64,000 bases of DNA from the NCBI RefSeq assembly GCF_964355755.1, contig NC_092678.1:18307365-18371364 (forward strand). The letters run 5' to 3'. The DNA is from Antedon mediterranea. Lineage: Eukaryota; Animalia; Echinodermata. Positions 52,154 through 63,646 of this stretch are shown here, piece after piece (positions within the stretch are counted from its first letter, which is position 1; every line of letters starts with the position of its first letter). Below the pieces are notes generated by a model. The model saw nothing but the letters and a program-made list of their open reading frames with translations, was not told where the DNA came from and did no database searches. The position numbers were made by a program, and so were the translations under genes.

Positions 52154-52939
52154 ATAAAACTAATTGACATTGTTGTTCTTGACAGACATTGACCATAGTA
52201 ATAATAAATAGAAAATTGCTAGGAATTATTTTTAAAGCTAGAATCTATTGTTTTTTTTTTGAAGATTTGTTTTATTTTTATGCACATGCTACTATTTTAT
52301 ACTTTAAAAGGAGTGGTGCAGACAGTTATAATAAATGTTGAACTTGAATATAATATTTTGAATTATTTTGTGTCATTTGTGTGTGTGCCCATAGATACTG
52401 TAAATAGTAATTTGAAATGTTGCCCAAATACTTTTTAGACGTTAGTGTTTGTAAATTCTTCTAAATGGAGTACAGTCTGGGATTTTAGCTATTTGGCTAG
52501 TAGGCCTAATATGTGACAATTTCGACATTTAAACAAAAAACAGAATAAACTTTTTTTAAATAAAGCATTTTTAAAGTTAAAATGGATACAATAATTTTTT
52601 TCCCACATACATAAGATCCATACATTTACAATTTTTTTTTATTTATCGGACAAAAAACATGGATTAATAAACTAAACCATTTAAATTTCATTACATTTTA
52701 GATAGATTATTTTTAAGATATTTAGTTTCAAAATAATGTTTTCTTTTTCTTTATTTAAAAAAATATGTATTATGTATTCCTGTCTTGAAATATTTTAGTG
52801 AAATTTTAATTTTGAATAATATTTTACCAAAATAAAAACTAAAATTTTATGCAATAGTTTAATCTAATTATAGTTCCATGGTTTAATTACACAAATTATA
52901 TAGATAATATTTCGTATCCTGTCAAAAAACGCAATAAAA

Positions 52940-53010
52940 AGGCGTGGACTATTTACTTTATAGAGGGCGCTATATCAAAACACAGAAAGTGTAGAAGTAA
53001 TAAAGATGGC
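52940..53010 (+). promoter_or_regulatory. Candidate GRIPAP1 proximal promoter
   Basis: GGCGTGG GC-box-like motif, TAGAGGGCGCTA CTCF-like core (52961-52972) and AAGATGGC YY1-like motif over the ATG, in otherwise very AT-rich DNA. Confidence 0.45.
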
Positions 53011-56000
53011 TCAGTCACTTTCCGACGAAGAGTTTAATCGAATGCAAGTAAGCTACTATTTAATATATATTCATGATTATGTCATTTGAAAACATTTAAT
53101 AAATTGTTGAGTATTTGTTCTACTTTGCTAAGTACAGGGTTCCATAAAAGTTGTTAGTGTAGGTGTCTACTGAAACGCCTAGGCTAGGCTCTCTCTGTCA
53201 CTGTCAGTTCGTGTGAGGATGATATTTGTGTGGTTTGTTGAATGAAGGCTGTCTCCAATATCTCTCCAGTCCCGGCCTAGGAAAAGGCATCTCTATTATT
53301 ACCACAGGCTAGGCATTGAATATTACCATATTTTATTGATATTACATTTTGTAAAATTTCCATGATACAACTTGGTCAATGACAGTGTCTCAAAGTAGCT
53401 TTCACATGCATAATAGGCCTACATGTTGGAGAAATTCTGAGATTTTTTTTTTAGCAATCGAATGGTGATGATAATGATGCTATATTTCAAAGATGTGACA
53501 GATTCTCAACCATGCCTTTATTAGCAGCCAGAGCCAAAAATATGGTGGCATATATCTCTAGCCCGGCTTTAATTATTAATAGATTTAACAAAATAATAAA
53601 TGGCGAACATAATGCATTTGTCAATTGTATGAACCACTATACGACCCCCAAGAGAGGTGCGTCATTGGTGCGTCATTTACAAATAGTTACTGACGCAGGG
53701 GTGCATCAAAAAACCTAGATGGTACGTCACATCAATGAACAAGGTGTGTCAATGTCCTTCACTTTACCAATACCACCCACCATATCATAAACAACATGGT
53801 CACAATGCATCAAAATGGTTGCGTCACCTAAAGGTAAGTCTTTTGACGCACAGGTGCGTCATGGTATTCATAAGGTATGATGCACATCGGACAAATGGCT
53901 AACCTCTCCCATGGGTTGGTCGTATAGTGGGTCATACAATTGACAAGTGCATGAAGCCCCTCGTATATAAACAAAATCAAATCCTGAATGTGAAACTAGG
54001 CTACCATTTTTTTTTTAATTTGGCCATATCAAATCATTTTTAATTTACTCAATCTGTTTCTCTTTTTATATTCCATGTTTTTTCTTTTCCATTTACAAGA
54101 CTCAACTGTTGGAGTTGAGAACTACCAACTATCAACAGAGTGATAAAATTAGAAAATATGAAAATGGTAAGTAATGTAATGGTTTGTTATTTTTAAGATT
54201 TTGGCAACAATCCACCAAAATCCAATTGGGACTGCACTATAATAAAATAACTATTGCCATAGACATGTAATCAGAGACTGTCGTATATCCGAGATGGGTG
54301 AGAATTCTTCTAAATCTTATCAGAATTTAAATTTGGCAGATTTTTCTGCAATACCACTTATTTTTAATAAACCAGAATTTAATTGAATGAATAAATTGTG
54401 TGTCAAATTATTAAACCTACTATAGTACTACTATAGTCATTTATAAATTAGTATAAAACCAAATGGAAAAACATACACAATCCTTTGAAATAAAATATGT
54501 TGGTACTACTTATCATATCAATCAATTTAGTGCAGTTTAAAATCTTTGAGCATTATATTATGATGATGTAATGTTTTGTGTGATATTGGAACAAAATTAT
54601 TAACTTGCCATTCCCTGATAATGTAAATGTGGAGTAATAACCTGTAACTTGCACTTTGCAGCCTAACTGAGCTGAATTGCGCGCATGTGTGGATGGCACA
54701 TACAATAACTTTCTTCTCCATTAAGGGTCCCTTCGTATCGAGTGCTGCCCCATTTGTCTGTCCAAAATGACAAGTGGACCAGTATACCCAATTCTTTCAA
54801 AAGATGAACAACTGGGTTCTTTAGATGTGTACACTGGACCTCCAGCTTTTCAAAGCTGGTTGTCCAGTCTTGTAGGACAAGGACTTAAAACTCCTTGTCC
54901 TACAAAACTTGTTCTACCACCAGAACAATGGTTGAATTGTGACTTACCCTTACCCTGTGCTGATTGTATAGCTATTGTTTGCGATGCATCTGCCTACCAT
55001 TCCCTGATAATGATGATTTTATTTCTGTTTCAGAACTCTCTACTCTGCGTAACCAATCCTCTTCTCATGAAAAAGAAATACAAAAGGCTAATAAGGTACG
55101 GTTTTCATAACATGATTTGAAAAGTAATATATAAAATAAAGCAATTTCAATTATTTGTTGCATGTCTTCTTCTTTTCGACTTCTTTTTTTTTTCTTTTTT
55201 TCCCTTTTTTTTTCTTTTTTTTCTTTTCTTCTTCTTTTCTTCTTTTCTTCTTCTTTTCTTCTTTTCTTCTTTTCTTCATCTTGTTCTTCTTTTCATCTTC
55301 TTTTCGTCTTGTTCTTTTTTTTTCTTCTTCTTCTTTTCATCTTGTTCTTTTTTTCTTCTTTTCCTCTTCTTTTTCTTCTTCCATTTAGGAGCAAACTTTA
55401 TTTTTGAGGACTACTACTTCACTGGTTCTAGCTTTTACAGTGTTTATGCATATGGTCTTTGGATCATTACGCTAAAAATACTATCAATTGATTTGTATTT
55501 AGATAAATAAATATTTATGACTCGAGTTGAATGAAGAGTGATTTGTTATCATCTTTATGAAACCGTCTGTAGTGTGCAAATAAAATGTAGAAATATATTT
55601 TTATTTATCTATTTTGCTCTGCTTTTGTATTGAACCCTTTTGTTCATGCCTTGCCAGATTATTAATATCATTATACATTTTTGTTACAACTATTCTTTAA
55701 CTTTTTCAGATCATTTCTAAAAGCAAGAAAGCAAAGGTAGGTACAATATACACAAACAAAACAAATTTCTTGTTGTTTCTGCCTCAAAATAAAATATTTA
55801 TTGTACGAATACTTTCGACCATAGGTCATCATCAGGTACTGATAGAATATTGGTAAAACAAGAATACATATAAAAAAGGGGTACACTAGAAAACAAAGGA
55901 GTCTATTATGGGCTATATGGGCGTAACAATGAACAAGCAAATAACAAATTGACAAAAGCATTGACAAACAAAAGGTATTACATAATAATAACTCATGTCA

Positions 56001-59000
56001 ATCAGATAGACAAGATAGAACTCAATTCCTAAATGATTTAAATGATACATTAAGTCCATTGGGTTTGAGAGTTCCAAGTTGAAAAATATACACGTCATTT
56101 AGACTAGAATTCTTATAGATTAAATATGTATGATTGAGATAAATGTAATATGATAATTCTCTGCTAATTACTAGCCACCATAGTTTACGCATTTCCTGCC
56201 TTATCCACTTACATATTTTATAATTCAAATACATTTACAGGCAATGTAAATTATTATGTCATCATCATCAGAAGCAATTTCCTTGACTGCTTTGAATATG
56301 TAAATTTGTTCTTGTTTTCCTCTTTATGATCTATAAATTTAAATATTACATATGTTCTATAATCTTAAAAAATAACACTATGTGATCCACCACTATAGGT
56401 TGGACTACCAATTATACTAAAATACAGGGCCTAAAAATGGTAAAAATAAGTGTTTTTTTGTTCTATCAAAATTTAAGAGGCATCTTTTTTTATCCACCTA
56501 TTCAATGATTGATCATCCCAATTTGAGCATTACATTTTACTTCATTTCCTTAAGATATTGCATGTGTTTTTGTTCACAAAACAGGAGGTTGAAATGCTTA
56601 TCCTTGAGAATGAGAGTCTTCAGAGGAAGTTACAGAGCCAAGAGGAAGACTTCCGTCTGCAGAATTCTACCCTCATGCAAGAGCTCTCTAAGGTAGCCAT
56701 CTATATCAGTATTTCTCCCATTAAGGACACAAAATGCTTAAAGATGTATTCTCCTCCAAAAAAACAAGAAAAATGAAGATTAATTAGATCAGACTTTGAA
56801 TATGTTATTTTGTAGTTTAATAAAGTTAATCACTTCCGTAGAAAAAAAAATAATGTTTTTACTTATAACGTGACAAAATAAATGGTTAAATGTTACCAAA
56901 AACCATTGGCTGGCAACCAATTTGACCATTTTATGCTTTAAATTACAGTTTTTTTCTATCCAATTTTTGGTCAAAGTGGATAATTATTATGTGACATTAA
57001 AATGACATATTCAACAAAAAAATTAAAAAAAATAAAAATGTTTAGGGGACAATACATCTTTAAAGAACCTAGTACATCTTTCAAGATGAGTAGAGACTTA
57101 CCCCAGTGTGCTAGCTCACACAGCCACTTTCGCGGAGAAACGAGAAAGCACTAGAATTGGCAGCACTGACATGGTGTGAGGGAAGAAGCATGTAGTTGAA
57201 AAGTGTAACATGAGCAAGGATCCTGGAAAGGCACTATATAAATAAAAAATGATTGCCTGTGAAACGAACAAGGTCCAATAAGATAAGATAATATTTATTG
57301 GTCCATCATAAAATATGTTGGAAATTTATTTTCCAAATGGTGTACACTATACAAAAGTACATATACAAATATCAATATATAAAAAGAAGATATGTACTTA
57401 AAAATAGGTAAACTGGATTATTATTCATTAATAATAATAATACAGTTTGTTTTAACACTAAATTAATGGTAAACCCCTATTCAGTGGACACACTTGTTAT
57501 TCAGGCACTTTGTTGGGTCCCAATGTACTCTTAATATAACTTGGTATAAACCTATCACAGATAAAAGATAATTATATATTGTTAAGCTCTGTCTACACTA
57601 CCAAAGTGTATGTTACAAAAAAATGTGATGTGCTTAAATATGGTAGTAATATGCCCAAATATGGTAGTGATATGACATCATCAATAACATATGGGCACAT
57701 CACTTTTTTTTGTCAAATAAAGTTTGATAGTGTAGACATTACTGGACATTTTTTTGTAGTTGTGTACAAGTAATGAAGAATTAGAAAAAGAGGTCGAAGA
57801 CCTGAAGAAGGGCAAAGAGTCATCACAGAGCAGTCAAAGTGAAGTAGATGAATTAAGAAGACTGCAAGCAGTGAATGCTGCATTGCAGAAGAACCTCACA
57901 GGTATAAAATAGAGATTTTATCATTTTCATTGTATGTCAATTCACTATACTGCTATTAGAAACTGCTTTTAGAGACTCACTGTAGGTTTTATTCAGTTTC
58001 CGGTCTCTAGCAATGACGATGTCACGACAGAGGGCTAGCAATGCTTCTGTTGATGTTATGGCACCAGGGCCAGCTGTTTTTATCAGGATTTACCTGCAAC
58101 CAATCTTAGTTAAGGAACCCTAATGTTCCTTATAGGATTTACCTGCAACCAATCCTAGTTAAGGAACCCTAATGTTCCTTATAGGATTTACCTGCAACCA
58201 ATCCTAGTTAAGGGACCCTAATGTTCCTTATAGGATTTACCTGCAACCAATCCTAGTTAAGGGACCCTAATGTTCCTTATAGGATTTACCTGCAACCAAT
58301 CCTAGTTAAGGGACCCTAATGTTCCTTATAGGATTTACCTGCAACCAATCCTAGTTAAGGGACCCTAATGTTCCTTATAGGATTTACCTGCAACCAATCC
58401 TAGTTAAGGGACCCTAATGTTCCTTATAGGATTTACCTGCAACCAATCCTAGTTAAGGGACCCTAATGTTCCTTATAGGATTTACCTGCAACCAATCCTA
58501 GTTAAGGAACCCTAATGTTCCTTATAGGATTTACCTGCACCCAATCCTATTTAAGGGATCTTAATATTCCTTATAGGATTTACCTGCAACCAATCCTAGT
58601 TAAGGGACCCTAATGTTCCTTATAGGATTTACCTGCACCCAATCCTATTTAAGGGACCCTAATGTTCCTTATAGGATTTACCTGCAACCAATCCTAGTTA
58701 AGGAACCCTAATGTTCCTTATAGGATTTACCTGCAACCAATCCTAGTTAAGGAACCCTAATATTCCTTATAGGATTTACCTGCAACCAATCCTAGTTAAG
58801 GAACCCTAATCTTCCTTATAGGATTTACCTGCAACCAATCTTAGTATATTGCTACATTTTAGCTGCAAAAGACACCAAGGACCAAAAATAAATGCTAAAT
58901 TATGGGAACAATTATTTAAAAAAATCTCCTATTACTAATCACCTTTAAACTGTATTTTACTCATTGTAATTATACAGGTACTGTTGAAAAATATGAAGAA

Positions 59001-62000
59001 GAAATAGTGACTCTGAAACAAAGTACAATGTAAGTGTAGTGCAATGTGTTATCAAGCTTTCGTATCGAGACGGTAAAAAAAGATTAAAATGCGTATGCGT
59101 ACAAGCCCAGTACACTTTGTTGTGAGGTGGTTTCCCGAATGATCGTAAAATCAAAATGGTACTAGGTATGACCAACGAGCATTCTTGTCACCAACTAGCC
59201 ATCCATTCATAGAAGTAGCCTATCTGTACGGCGATCATAGAATGTGACCCGAGACATGACTAACCACGACTTTTAGTTGATAGAAGATTGAAAAAAATAA
59301 ATTGTTAAGAAGAGTTGTACTGTATGTGGATGTTGAATGAAATTATGTCAATAATGTTTATATAGGCCTACTGTTCATTATTCATTCATTAAGCATGTGC
59401 GTATACAACGTCTGCGGCTTAGAATGAAGCTTGTGCAAAACTCATTTAGTAACAAGACGAAAGATACTTTATACAACCACCACACTTTTTCAATTTCCTC
59501 TCGTCTACCATCCAGATGCAAAAGTTCACTATTACCTTAACAGAGAGAGATATTACAAATACTATTCCTTTATCCGTATCCATGTATTTTACTGATGAAC
59601 ATAAACAATGTATTGCTTATTCTGAATCAGATCGCTAGGCCAAGCAAATCAGGAGCTTGAGAAGAAGTACTCTCTTCTTTTAGGGGACCGGCCTACTCCA
59701 ACAGGCTCAGCTGATGGGTAAGTATTATTATTAGATAGAGCGCTTATAAGAAAACATTAAACGTAAAGTCTAATTTTCTAAATATTTTGTGCATCTGTCA
59801 GTTCCGGACAGCTGCTCGGAGTGCTTATGTTGACAAAGTTGAGTTGTGTTTAGTCCTGTATCGACATAAGCGCACCTTTGGTCTGGAAACTTTTGTCTAG
59901 AGAATTTAAGCTTTACTTTTTACTAAATAATAGTACCTATTTTCGTTAGGGAACAACCAGCAACTTTGGACAGTATAAAAGAACACGCACCAGTAGTAGA
60001 AGGTATATTTAGATCATATTATTTTCATATTATAAATAAATGCGTTTAAAAAAAAATGTTTTTTAAATGCTTGAGAACATAAAAAAAAGACTATCTCTTG
60101 AGCCTTATGTATACATCTAACCACTTGCATAAACCACCTACATAAACTACCTGTATAAACTTGTAAAAACCACCTGTAAAAACAACATGAATAAACCACC
60201 TGTATAAACAACTTGCATAAGCCACCTGTAAACCACTTGCATAAGCCACCTGTAAACCACTTGCATAAGCCACCTGTAAACCACTTGCATAAGCCACCTG
60301 TAAACCACTTGCATAAGCCACCTGTAAACCACTTGCATAAGCCACCTGTAAACCACTTGCATAAGCCACCTGTAAACCACTTGCATAAGCCACCTGTAAA
60401 CCACTTACATAAGTCACCTGTAAACCAATTGCATAAACCACCTGTATAAACAACTTCCATAAACCACCTGCATAAACCACCTGTATAAACAACTTGCATA
60501 AGCCACCTGTAAACCACTTGCATACCACTTGCATAAGCCACCTGTAAACCACTTGCATAAGCCACCTATAAACCACCTGCATAAACCACTTGCATAAACC
60601 ACATGCATAAGACACCTGCATAAACCACCTGTATAAATTACCTGCATAAGACACCTGCATAAACCACCTGTATAAATTACCTGCATAAGACACCTGCATA
60701 AACCACCTGTAAAACCCTCTTTTTTTGGTAGAACTTCATAAACTGATTGAAGCAGAACTTAGTGCTTTTATAGAAGATTTGAAATTATCATCAGTCACAG
60801 AGGATTTCTCAGATGACATCATTCCAAAAGGTATGGTATTTTTGCTGATTTTTTTGCAAATTTCTTAAATAAATAATAGTAAACGTTCCAATGAAAGTTC
60901 ATACATGCTCGTAAAAAATATAAAATGTTTTTAAACAAATGTGCAGCACAAAATTCAACATACCTTGAATTTTTGAAAAAAAGATTCCTATCAGTGTTAT
61001 GAAGATTGGTGACCTATGACCTGATGAAGAAGTCAGAAGATTCCACTTTACAAGGATGGTAATTCCAGTCTTTGGTCACAGTTCAGAGAAGGTTTCTTGT
61101 AAACAGCCTCTCGTTCCTAATCTCTATCTTCTCTGTCCGAAATTTTCTTATTGACCTAATCAATAGTGTGTCCGGTAGTAGTGGAAAAACGTTTTGCAAC
61201 CGTCAAAAGTTTGTGGCTGGGGGCTAAAGATTGCTGTTCCTTCAGTCTATCACCGAGGAGTTGACGGCCTGTGTGTCCTAGGTAAATGTTTTAAATTGTA
61301 TGTAAATATTTTTGTTCATTTTCAGATCCTTTGACTTTACTTAAGGAACACTGCCAGACCATCAAGACAAGGATCTCTACCGTCATATTCACTAATCTTG
61401 AATCATTATTTGAATTTGATCATCATCTTCATGATTCAATTGGTTTGTTCATTTATTTTTTATTTATTTATTTATTCTTTTCAGTGAAAAATAAAAAGAA
61501 GAAATCGGGGGTGGGTTCAAGGGCCTTTTAGACAATGATCAACAGCAGACGTACTTAATATTCTAAACTTTTAATCCACTTTAAATCTACCCTAAAGTAT
61601 TGAAAATTCATAATGTATTACCCTTCCATATTTATTCTATTTATAGATACATCTCGGAATAGAAGTGGATCAGTATTGGATAATAATCCAGTAGGTGTAT
61701 ATTTTATTAGTATACAAATTTGATATACCGTACCACCCAATTCGTCTTTAAGCTAGGCCAAAGCGAATGCATAACATGGACTTGGTTGAAGTAGGCCTAG
61801 CTAGGCTAAGCCAAAGCGAATGCATAACATGGACTTGGTTGAAGTAGGCCTAGCTAGGCTAGGCCGAAGCGAATGCATAACATGGACTTGGTTGGCGTAG
61901 GCCTAGCTAGTCGCACAGTTTTTGTCTATTTTCTAATAATAGGAAGCTTTCACAGGAGCATGCAAATGTTAACTTTAACGCTCACTTTGTAAACAAATCA

Positions 62001-63646
62001 ATCTGCGCGTTACAAACAACTTTAGTTACATGAGAACCTTATTTCTGAAAAATGTAACAAAATATATGTAACATACTGCTACATATATCTATTTTTTTAT
62101 TAGGAGGCTTTGATACTAAAAGTAGAATCACTGAAAAAAACAGTTACAGGTGAGAAAAGTATTTGTTGTTTCATCAAAAGAATGTAAGGCATCATGTCAA
62201 AAATATTCTGCTGCAGTTACTGCAGTAACTACATTTCATTTACCTTTTACACTGTGTAATTAGCAACATTATATTTTTTAATCATTATGCACACTGTTTA
62301 TTGCGGTGACTTCATTAATTTCTACCTTGAATCAAACTAAAATCAAACTTTATTGCAGGAAAAAAATTTACAGTAGGTACTGCAGTAACTGCAGTAGTAT
62401 TTTTAACATGGTTTCTGAGAATTAAGACATTTTTAAAAATCTTTTGTGGTTAACCACCACCTTTATTTGTTCAATGTTTCATAAACTCCACTCCCAAAGA
62501 CTTAATAATAAGTCTTTGTTTATATAGAGCATCTTGTGTATATGCTTGTCTTGTGAATGGGATTGCCACCTTTGAGAAGGATAGTGAATGAATTCACTTG
62601 TGGTAATTCTTGGAAATTTGCCTAAAATGAGAATAAAAAAAATATACTATAGACCTATGAATTTAAATTATTTATAAGTTTTATTTAATGTTTTATTTTT
62701 CAGAATCACAACTTAAATTAGACACAGAATCAGAAGAAAATAGGCTACTTAAAGAACAACTTCAACAACTACAGGTAAAAATTATTATTTAAATTTGTTA
62801 TTTATTTTTATCTTCTTTATGCATGCTAGGCCCACCTAAGATTTTAACTTGTTGCAAATCAGCCATCATGGTGGTTTGAAGCCCTGCACCGTTTTTAGCC
62901 ACTGACCTATATGCCTGTCCCTTGTAAGCCTGACAGTACCATATACTGTACTGTAAAACAATAATATTTTATATTGAACATTTGTTGTTGTCGTTGTGGA
63001 CTGGCACTGGTTGGTGGCAACACTCGACATGAAGAGACCCTTAAGGGAGTAGAAAGTTGTGCTATGTGTTGTCCACACCTGCTGCGCAATTCAGCCAAGT
63101 AAGCAGGTTGTTCCCCCATTTACATTTACATAACATTTTGAAAATAAGATATGTTTTTTTTATATAGGATTCACACAAGTCAGAAACAACTAACAAATCA
63201 GATGAACTGAATAAGGTTTGTGAAACGATGTTTTAAACTCATTTAATGTTCTGCTTTTGTGAAGTTAATGAAAAATAGTGGAACCCACCTCTCAAAAGGT
63301 GTATTTTAGGCAAGCCTACTTGTTGTGACAACAAAATATGATGTCTCCATACATATCACTGTCATATTTAAGCATATCACTACCGTTTTTGTGCACATGA
63401 CACTTTTTTTGTCAAACTAGTTTGATAGTGTAGACAGAACTTAAAACTGGCAGCAAAATGTACATTAGCTTGTGTGCAAGTAGTGAAGTGTTTAATCTTG
63501 CTGTTCTGTTTCATGTCAAATGTTAAGTTTATATGGTTTGTGGTGTTAGTAATATAGATTTTTAATTTATCAATTACAAAATCTTAACAAGTATACGTTT
63601 GCAATTTTGTTTAGCTTTCTGAGAAGGTCAAGAAAAAACAAGAAAG
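53006..63646 (+). CDS. GRIPAP1: GRIP1-associated protein 1 (GRASP-1) orthologue, 5' 16 exons; gene continues beyond the window
   Basis: Exons 53006-53047, 54100-54166, 55034-55095, 55710-55736, 56585-56692, 57760-57901, 58978-59029, 59631-59717, 59950-60002, 60732-60830, 61326-61442, 61647-61690, 62104-62149, 62704-62774, 63168-63215, 63615-63646. Product [26 protein letters not shown]...[45 protein letters not shown]...[15 protein letters not shown]...[11 protein letters not shown]...[11 protein letters not shown] matches the recalled vertebrate GRIPAP1 N-terminus. Confidence 0.92.
53613..53951. mobile_element. MITE in GRIPAP1 intron 1
   Basis: ~33-bp TIR TGCATTTGTCAATTGTATGAACCACTATACGACC...GGTCGTATAGTGGGTCATACAATTGACAAGTGCA. 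Confidence 0.85.
54810..54995 (-). mobile_element. Degraded Deu-type SINE with internal rearrangement
   Basis: GGTTCTTTAGATGTGTACACTGGACC...GTTCTACCACCAGAAC matches the family. Confidence 0.6.
55165..55382. repeat. Polypyrimidine (TTC/TTTTC)n low-complexity tract
   Basis: About 215 nt, almost entirely C/T. Confidence 0.9.
57058..57248 (+). mobile_element. Deu-type SINE 3' half with an L2-like tail
   Basis: TTTAAAGAACCTAGTACATCTTTC...CACAGCCACT, then a tail containing AAGCATGTAGTTGAAAAGTGTAACAT also seen at ~33320-33450. Confidence 0.65.
57584..57738. mobile_element. GCTCTGTCTACAC-family MITE
   Basis: Left TIR complete; right TIR clipped at GTGTAGACA, ~21 nt before the exon 6 acceptor. Confidence 0.85.
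58085..58845. repeat. 49-bp minisatellite, ~15.5 near-identical copies
   Basis: Unit AGGATTTACCTGCAACCAATCCTAGTTAAGG(G/A)ACCCTAATGTTCCTTAT; no unique spacers. Confidence 0.95.
60118..60713. repeat. 24-bp (11+13) minisatellite (CCACTTGCATAAGCCACCTGTAAA)n
   Basis: Homogeneous core at 60210-60400 with degenerate flanks; source of the repetitive ORFs. Confidence 0.95.
61751..61910. repeat. 53-bp tandem repeat x3
   Basis: GCCAAAGCGAATGCATAACATGGACTTGGTTGAAGTAGGCCTAGCTAGGCTA at 61757, 61810 and 61863. Confidence 0.9.
62193..62410. mobile_element. MITE-like inverted repeat element
   Basis: CATGTCAAAAATATTCTGCTGCAGTTACTGCAGTA...TACTGCAGTAACTGCAGTAGTATTTTTAACATG. Confidence 0.7.
63318..63442. mobile_element. 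GCTCTGTCTACAC-family MITE, right part
   Basis: Ends TTTGTCAAACTAGTTTGATAGTGTAGACAGAACT. Confidence 0.8.

Noticed and set aside
55155-55407. Phe/Ser/Leu-rich membrane-like ORFs
   Set aside because: Polypyrimidine low-complexity tract.
58085-58845. CRISPR-like regular array
   Set aside because: Contiguous 49-bp units with no unique spacers, no cas genes and a eukaryotic intron context; it is a minisatellite.
60014-60699. Long repetitive ORFs (183, 202, 85, 78 and 90 aa)
   Set aside because: Translations of the 24-bp minisatellite, open in several frames on both strands.
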